Shown one piece after another: positions 58,468 to 64,000 of a stretch of 64,000 nucleotides of DNA. The translations under genes and the position numbers were made by a program. The notes beneath the pieces were generated by a model. It saw only the letters and a program-made list of their open reading frames with translations, did no database searches and was not told the origin of the DNA. The DNA comes from an uncultured Chloroflexia bacterium (lineage in GTDB: Bacteria; Chloroflexota; Limnocylindria; Limnocylindrales; CSP1-4): assembly GCA_963746845.1 (NCBI GenBank), contig CAVVCZ010000005.1, positions 256,001-320,000 on the forward strand, given 5' to 3'. Numbering within the stretch: the stretch's first letter is position 1; the number at the start of each line of letters is the position of its first letter.

Positions 58468-61308
58468 TCAGCCCGTTCGCTGGAGACCGGCGGCGATCCC
58501 GTTCACGGTGAGCTGGACCAGCCGAAGCAGACGCGGCCTGACCGGATCGTCCGGCGGCGTCGCGCGGAGCCGGCTCAGCAGCGTCACCTGGAGCTCCGAG
58601 AGCGAGTCGACGTAGGGATCGCGCAGGCCGAGGCGCCGCCGGAGCTCGGGGTCGTGGTCCAGGAGGCGGTCCCGGCCGGTGATCCGGCCGATCCACGCGA
58701 CCGTCCGGACGTATTCCTCCTCGATCGCGGTCCAGAACGGCACGCCAGCGATCCCCGCGAGGGCCGCGTACTGGCGGCCGACCCCGAGATCGGCTCGGGC
58801 CAGGGACAGCTCCGCGTTGTCGATGAGGCTCGCGAGGAACGGCCAGCGCGCGTACAGGCGGGCGATCGTCCCGATCGCGCGGCTCCCGTGACGTGCGGCA
58901 TGGGCCTCCAGCGCTGTCCCCAGCCCGAACCAGCCGGGCAGCTCGATCCGCGACTGCGACCAGGCGAACACCCACGGGATCGCCCGGAGGTCCGCGATCG
59001 AGGCGGCGGGGGGCGGCCCCGGGCGCTCGCCGGACCGGCCGCGGGCCGCGGGTCGCGAGCCGAGGCGCAGGGACGCGATCTCGTCGATCGGGGTCGCGAG
59101 GCGGAAGAACTCGACGAACCCGGGAGCCTCGACGAGCGCCCGATAGGTCGCGCGCGAGGTCGTGGCGAGATCGTCGAGGATCGGCGCGCCGGTCGCCTCG
59201 GCCGACGCCCCGGCGTCACCGTGGGCCCGCGACGAGGCGACCAGGGTCGCGGCGGCGAGACCCTCGAGGTGGCGGAGCGCGATGCCCGGATCCGCATAGT
59301 TCGCGGCGATCACCTCGCCCTGCTCGGTGAGCTTCAGCCGGCCCCGGACCGAGCCCGTCGCCAGCCCGAGGATCGCCCGGTTGGCCGGTCCCCCGCCCCG
59401 TCCGATCGCGCCGCCCCGGCCATGGAAGATCGTCAGCTCGATCCCGTGGCGGGCAGCGCTCTCCGCAAGCGCCGCCTGGGCCCGATGGAGCTGCCAGTTC
59501 GCGGCGAGGTAGCCGGACTCCTTGTTCGAGTCCGAGTAGCCGAGCATGACCTCCTGGCGATCGCCGCGCGAGCGCAGGTGCCGGCGATAGGTGCGGTCGA
59601 CGAGGATCGCGTCGAGGATCGATCCGGCCGCATCGAGCGTCGCCGCGTCCTCGAACAGCGGGACGACGTCCAGGACCGGGGGCCGGGCGCCGTCGTCGCC
59701 ATCGATTGCCGCGAGCCGCAGAACCCGGAGGACGTCGCCCGGGTCGGCGGTGAACGAGATCACGTACCGTCCGGCAGCACCCGGGCCGTACCGGGCCTGG
59801 GCCGCGGCCACGACCCGGAAGGTCTCCACGACTTCCGCCGCGGCCACGCCCGGGACGACCTCGCGGTCGCGATCCCCGGCCTTCATGGCCGTCTCGGCGT
59901 CCCGATGCACGGCGCTGTGCTGGCGGACCTCGAGCGACGCGAGGTGGAACCCGAACGTTGCGAGCTGCCAGCGGAGATCGGCGACCTCGCCCCATGCGAC
60001 GCGCTCGAGGCCGTCGGCGGCGAGCGCCTCCTGCACCTCCGCGAGCTCGGTGTCGAGCTCCGCTGCGTCCGCGTACCGGCCGGTGAGCGGCGCGGCCTGC
60101 CCGGTCAGGTGGGCCCGGGTCCGGCGCAGTCGCTCGGCGATGAACCCGAACCGCTGCCGGTACGGCTCGTCGGGGAACCGCCGGCGGAGCGTGCGGTCCA
60201 GGTCGGGCAGGAGCTCCGCATCGCGGGCGAGCCGGGTCTCGATCGCCCGCCCGACGCGGTCGGACGTCACGGCCGCGGCGATCGTCTGCGACAGCCGCGT
60301 CGCGACGGCCTCGTACCCGCGCAGGACGTGGTCGGCCTGGATGCGGAGGGTCCGCTCCGTGATCTCCGCGGTGACCGACGGGTTGCCGTCGCGGTCGGCA
60401 CCGATCCACGAGTCCCAGGCCAGGAACGGCGTGATCCGGGGGACCCGCGTGCCGGTCCGGCCCGCGTCGGCGGCCTCGCCATCGGCCGCCCGCGCAACCG
60501 TCGCGCCGCCCCGGCGCGGCGCGGGGCCATCGAGCGCGGCGTCGGCCCGGCGATAGAGACGCGGGACGACGCTGAACACCGTCTCGTCGAAGAACGCCAG
60601 TGCCGTCCGGACTTCGTCGAGCGGCGACACGGCGGTCGACCGGAGGTCGGCGGTCCGCCAGAGCAGCGTGATCTCCTCGCGGAGCCGGCGCCGGACGTCG
60701 CGGTCCTCGGCCGGACCGATGTCGCGGTCGGCGAGCCGGGCGAGGAGCGTGTCGACCCGGCGGAGGGCGATCAGGACGGTCCGCCGACGCGCCTCGGTCG
60801 GGTGTGCGGTCAGGACCGGCGTGATCCGCAGCTCCCCGATCGCCGCGGCGACGGCCTCATCATCCGCCCCGGTGCGCCGGAGCCAGTCGACCGCGCTCGC
60901 GAGGGACGCGTCCGGCGACTCGCCCCGGGACGGTCGGTCGCGCGCCGCGCGCCGGGAGGCGCGCACGAGCTCGCGCTCCTCGGCGAGGTTGACGAGCCGG
61001 AAGTAGAGGCTGAACGCGCGGGCGACCACCTCGGCGCGTTCGAGGTCGAGGGTCGCGAGCTCCGCGACGAGACCGGCCCGGAGCGCGGGCTCGTCGCCGC
61101 GCCGGAGGCGGATCGTCGACCGGCGGACCCGCTCGACGAGATCGAGCAGGTCGCGTCCGGCCTGTTCGGCGATCACCTGGCCGAGCAGCGAGCCCAGGAG
61201 GCGGACCTCGACCGCGAGCGGGTCGCGCGCACGCCCGGTCCCGATCGTCGCCGGCTCGGCTCGAACCGCCTCGTTCGGACCGCCGCCCCGTCGGCCCCGA
61301 CCCGTCAC
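58468..61308 (-). CDS. ppc: Phosphoenolpyruvate carboxylase
   Basis: VLTAHPTE, DRDGNP, QEVMLGYSDSNKE, FHGRGG, LRAIPWVFAW and C-terminal LQRTG. Confidence 0.96.
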   Translation of the reverse strand: MTGRGRRGGGPNEAVRAEPATIGTGRARDPLAVEVRLLGSLLGQVIAEQAGRDLLDLVERVRRSTIRLRRGDEPALRAGLVAELATLDLERAEVVARAFSLYFRLVNLAEERELVRASRRAARDRPSRGESPDASLASAVDWLRRTGADDEAVAAAIGELRITPVLTAHPTEARRRTVLIALRRVDTLLARLADRDIGPAEDRDVRRRLREEITLLWRTADLRSTAVSPLDEVRTALAFFDETVFSVVPRLYRRADAALDGPAPRRGGATVARAADGEAADAGRTGTRVPRITPFLAWDSWIGADRDGNPSVTAEITERTLRIQADHVLRGYEAVATRLSQTIAAAVTSDRVGRAIETRLARDAELLPDLDRTLRRRFPDEPYRQRFGFIAERLRRTRAHLTGQAAPLTGRYADAAELDTELAEVQEALAADGLERVAWGEVADLRWQLATFGFHLASLEVRQHSAVHRDAETAMKAGDRDREVVPGVAAAEVVETFRVVAAAQARYGPGAAGRYVISFTADPGDVLRVLRLAAIDGDDGARPPVLDVVPLFEDAATLDAAGSILDAILVDRTYRRHLRSRGDRQEVMLGYSDSNKESGYLAANWQLHRAQAALAESAARHGIELTIFHGRGGAIGRGGGPANRAILGLATGSVRGRLKLTEQGEVIAANYADPGIALRHLEGLAAATLVASSRAHGDAGASAEATGAPILDDLATTSRATYRALVEAPGFVEFFRLATPIDEIASLRLGSRPAARGRSGERPGPPPAASIADLRAIPWVFAWSQSRIELPGWFGLGTALEAHAARHGSRAIGTIARLYARWPFLASLIDNAELSLARADLGVGRQYAALAGIAGVPFWTAIEEEYVRTVAWIGRITGRDRLLDHDPELRRRLGLRDPYVDSLSELQVTLLSRLRATPPDDPVRPRLLRLVQLTVNGIAAGLQRTG

Positions 61309-61448
61309 GCCGCGCTCCGCAACGTCGCGGCGTCCGGTGCGCCGCGCCGATCGCGACGGCCGCACCGCCCGCGGCCGACACCATTCCGCTCCTCGCCCGG
61401 GCCGCTCCCGCAACCTTCCCGGCCGGATTCGGCCCCTAGGCTTGTATC

Positions 61449-62726
61449 GTGATGGCCATGGCGGCGCCCGACATCGACCCGCGCGGCGGACCGGACCAGC
61501 TCGACCAGCTCCGGTTCCTGCACGACGTCGCCCGGCTCGCCACGACGGCGCGGACGTGGGACGAGCTCCTCGAGACGGTCGTCGACGGGACCCGGGATGC
61601 CCTCCACGCGGACGTCTCCTCGTTCTACCTGCTCGATCGGGATGGAGCCTACCTGACGCTCGCGGCGACGAACGGCCTCGATCGCTTCCAGATCGGTCGC
61701 GCGCGTGTCCCGTTCGGCGAGGGCGTCACCGGCCACGTCGCGGCGACCCGCAAGCCACTCGTGGTGGCGGACGTCCGCTCGGACCGTCGGTTCCTGTGGG
61801 TCCGCGGCATCGACCAGAAGCGGTTCGTCGCCTCGATGCTCAGCGTGCCGCTCAGCTGGAACGACCAGATCGTCGGCGTCCTCAACGTCCAGACCGAGCA
61901 GACGCGGGTGTTCAGCCGGGCCGACGTGGCCCAGCTCCAGGCGATCGCCGACCTCCTGGCAGGGATCGTGGAGAAGGGCCGCCGCCAGACCGAGGCCGAG
62001 GAGCGGCTCGAGCAGCTCCGCCAGATCGACGAGGCCCGCTCCGAGCTGATCGCGCTCGTGACGCACGAGCTCCGGACCCCGCTCGCCGTCGTCCGCGCCT
62101 ACACCGAGCTCCTCGGCGACGACCCGCCGCTCGAGGGGCGCGAGTCGCGGGACCCGAATCGCCGCGCCCAGCGCCAGGCCTGGCACGACGCCGCGATGGA
62201 GCAGGTGGAGCGGCTGGACCGCCTTGTCGACTCGATCCTCGCCTCGGTCCGGATCGTGCCTGCGGAGGCCGCGACGGTCACCCCGACGGACGTCGAGGCC
62301 GCGATCGACGAGGTCGTCGAATCGATCCGGCCGATTGTCCGCCAGCACCACCTCGAGGTCCGTCACGGCCTCCATCACCACGCGCTGGCCGACGCGCCGC
62401 GGCTCCGCCAGATCCTCGAGCATCTGATCGAGAACGCGGTGAAGTACGCGCCGCCGGACACGACGATCGCGATCGACCACGCCCTCGTCGAGGGCTTCGT
62501 CCGGATCGGCGTGAGCGACCAGGGCCCCGGCGTCCCCGAGGAGTGGCGCGAGCGGATCTTCGAGCCGTATGCCCGGCGCGAGACCCACACCGCGCGTGGC
62601 TCCGGGATCGGGCTGTACGCCGCGAAGCGGCTCGGCAAATCGATGGGGGCGAGGCTGTGGGTCGAGCCCGCCGAGCCGACCGGCGCCCGGTTCGTCCTCG
62701 CGCTCCCCGCCGCAGCCGCCGTCTAG
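61449..62726 (+). CDS. Cytoplasmic GAF sensor histidine kinase
   Basis: GAF domain; HELRTPL; ENAVKY; DQGPG; GSGIGL. Confidence 0.93.
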   Translation: MMAMAAPDIDPRGGPDQLDQLRFLHDVARLATTARTWDELLETVVDGTRDALHADVSSFYLLDRDGAYLTLAATNGLDRFQIGRARVPFGEGVTGHVAATRKPLVVADVRSDRRFLWVRGIDQKRFVASMLSVPLSWNDQIVGVLNVQTEQTRVFSRADVAQLQAIADLLAGIVEKGRRQTEAEERLEQLRQIDEARSELIALVTHELRTPLAVVRAYTELLGDDPPLEGRESRDPNRRAQRQAWHDAAMEQVERLDRLVDSILASVRIVPAEAATVTPTDVEAAIDEVVESIRPIVRQHHLEVRHGLHHHALADAPRLRQILEHLIENAVKYAPPDTTIAIDHALVEGFVRIGVSDQGPGVPEEWRERIFEPYARRETHTARGSGIGLYAAKRLGKSMGARLWVEPAEPTGARFVLALPAAAAV

Positions 62727-62738
62727 GATGAGGTCCTG

Positions 62739-63437
62739 ATGCTCGCCAGCCGTCCGCTCCGAATCCTCGTCGTCGACGATGACCCGGCGATGGTCGGGGC
62801 GATCACCGCGCTCGTCGGGACCGAGGGCCACCAGGTCATCACCGCCTACGACGGCCTGACGGCCGTCAAGCGCTTCCGCGAGGAAGCGCCGGACATCGTC
62901 CTGCTCGATCTCGCGATGCCCGGTCCGGACGGGTTCACGGTCGCGGGCCAGATCCGGGCGGCCGGACTGGCGCCCATCCTCGTCGTCTCGGGCGAGAGCG
63001 CCGAGGAGGCGAAGGTCCGGGCGCTCGGGATCGGGGCCGACGACTATCTCGTCAAGCCGTTCGGCAAGGCCGAGCTGCTCGCCCGGATCGCGGCGGTCAT
63101 GCGCCGGGTCGACCGCTCGACGGGCGGTCCCGCCACGGGGCCCGTCAGCGCCGGGAAGCTCGTCCTGGAGCCGGCTCGTCACGAGGCGCGCGTCGGCGAC
63201 ACGGCGCTCGCGCTCACCCCGACCGAGTTCCGCCTCCTCGAGGCCCTCGTGCGCGCGAACGGCGACATCGTCCCGCATCATCTCCTCGCCCGGGCAGGCT
63301 GGCCGGCCGAGACTGACCCCGACCTGCTCTGGCTGAAGCCGCACCTCGCCCGCCTCCGCGGCAAGGTCGAAAGCGCCGGCGGCCCCCACATCGTGGCCGT
63401 CCGCGGAGTGGGATACCGGATCGAATCGGGCAGCTAG
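62739..63437 (+). CDS. OmpR-family response regulator
   Basis: VVDDD, LLDLAMP, KPF; winged helix ending VRGVGY. Confidence 0.94.
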   Translation: MLASRPLRILVVDDDPAMVGAITALVGTEGHQVITAYDGLTAVKRFREEAPDIVLLDLAMPGPDGFTVAGQIRAAGLAPILVVSGESAEEAKVRALGIGADDYLVKPFGKAELLARIAAVMRRVDRSTGGPATGPVSAGKLVLEPARHEARVGDTALALTPTEFRLLEALVRANGDIVPHHLLARAGWPAETDPDLLWLKPHLARLRGKVESAGGPHIVAVRGVGYRIESGS

Positions 63438-63578
63438 ACCACAGCCCCTACTGCGTTCGTCGCGCATGGGTGCGTCAGCGCAAGGCGGACCCGAGCACCG
63501 GAGCGAGCGGGCTCAGACGCCCGTGAGCGAGGAGCGCAGGGTCCAACGCCGCGATGGCGTGCCCAGGCGCGACAGCCG

Positions 63579-63818
63579 TCAGGCGAGCGCGAGACTCGGT
63601 GCGCGATAGCCAGCCACGTCGTGGGCGGCATCAACGCAGTCCACGCGACAGCCGCGGGCATCCCGCCCGCCGAGCGGGTTGAAGTGGAACCAGGCGATGT
63701 CGTTGTCGGCGATGTCGGCGCGGAGACGGCAGCCGCAGGTGGCACAGGTCACCGGGGCGCCGTGGCCGTCGCGAACCGCCAGCGGGCGGGTGATCTCGGG
63801 GTCGGACGGGTGGATCAT
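63579..63818 (-). CDS. Small Cys/His-rich hypothetical protein (79 aa)
   Basis: GAGAAAGG RBS; CATCGC...WFH...C...C...H. Confidence 0.65.
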   Translation of the reverse strand: MIHPSDPEITRPLAVRDGHGAPVTCATCGCRLRADIADNDIAWFHFNPLGGRDARGCRVDCVDAAHDVAGYRAPSLALA

Positions 63819-63912
63819 CGGACGGCCTTTCTCGCGCGAGACGACAAGACGGCGCACGCGACGCCGTCGACGCATGGTGGTCTTCCCGGAGCGGCCGTTC
63901 GACGCCGAATGC

Positions 63913-63939
63913 GTTGCCGCTCGGTTGCGGTCCGGTTGC
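63913..63939. promoter_or_regulatory. Three GTTGC direct repeats with an 11-bp period
   Basis: GTTGC at 63913, 63924 and 63935. Confidence 0.5.
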
Positions 63940-64000
63940 GTCGAGAACGGTCGGCGGCGGTCAGGCGGCGGTTCCGGCGACCGGCACCGGTTCGACCACC

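Overview
Very high-GC bacterial chromosome segment. Gene content and style suggest Chloroflexota, probably Limnocylindria/Ellin6529-like (inference only). It is mostly core metabolism: CopA, korAB, a dispersed tyrosine-catabolic set (hppD, hmgA, fumarylacetoacetase), proline dehydrogenase and proC, a polyamine ABC importer, an A2-type aa3 oxidase cluster, tRNA-fMet, ppc and a two-component system. I saw no integrase, transposase, CRISPR array or rRNA. The strongest candidates for undescribed biology are: (1) two unannotated 32-33 aa ORFs (31358-31456 +, 44846-44947 -) shaped like signal peptides and both ending EAGQRW(R/GH), possibly secreted pheromone precursors; (2) a 96-aa two-repeat precursor-like peptide (NDVxGH-variable-GPRLPGTGGDDLRRPSGGGE) converging on a Crp-GAF-cytoplasmic subtilase operon; (3) a copper-centred respiratory design, with type-1 cupredoxin domains fused to CoxB, to an accessory oxidase subunit and to CopA, plus a 15-bp CsoR-like operator shared by copA and a YHS gene; (4) a family of REPIN/MITE-like intergenic hairpins. 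At least five single-base frameshifts in otherwise intact genes suggest long-read indel errors, so apparent fusions and pseudogenes need read-level checks. Start codons were refined by eye and no database searches were run.
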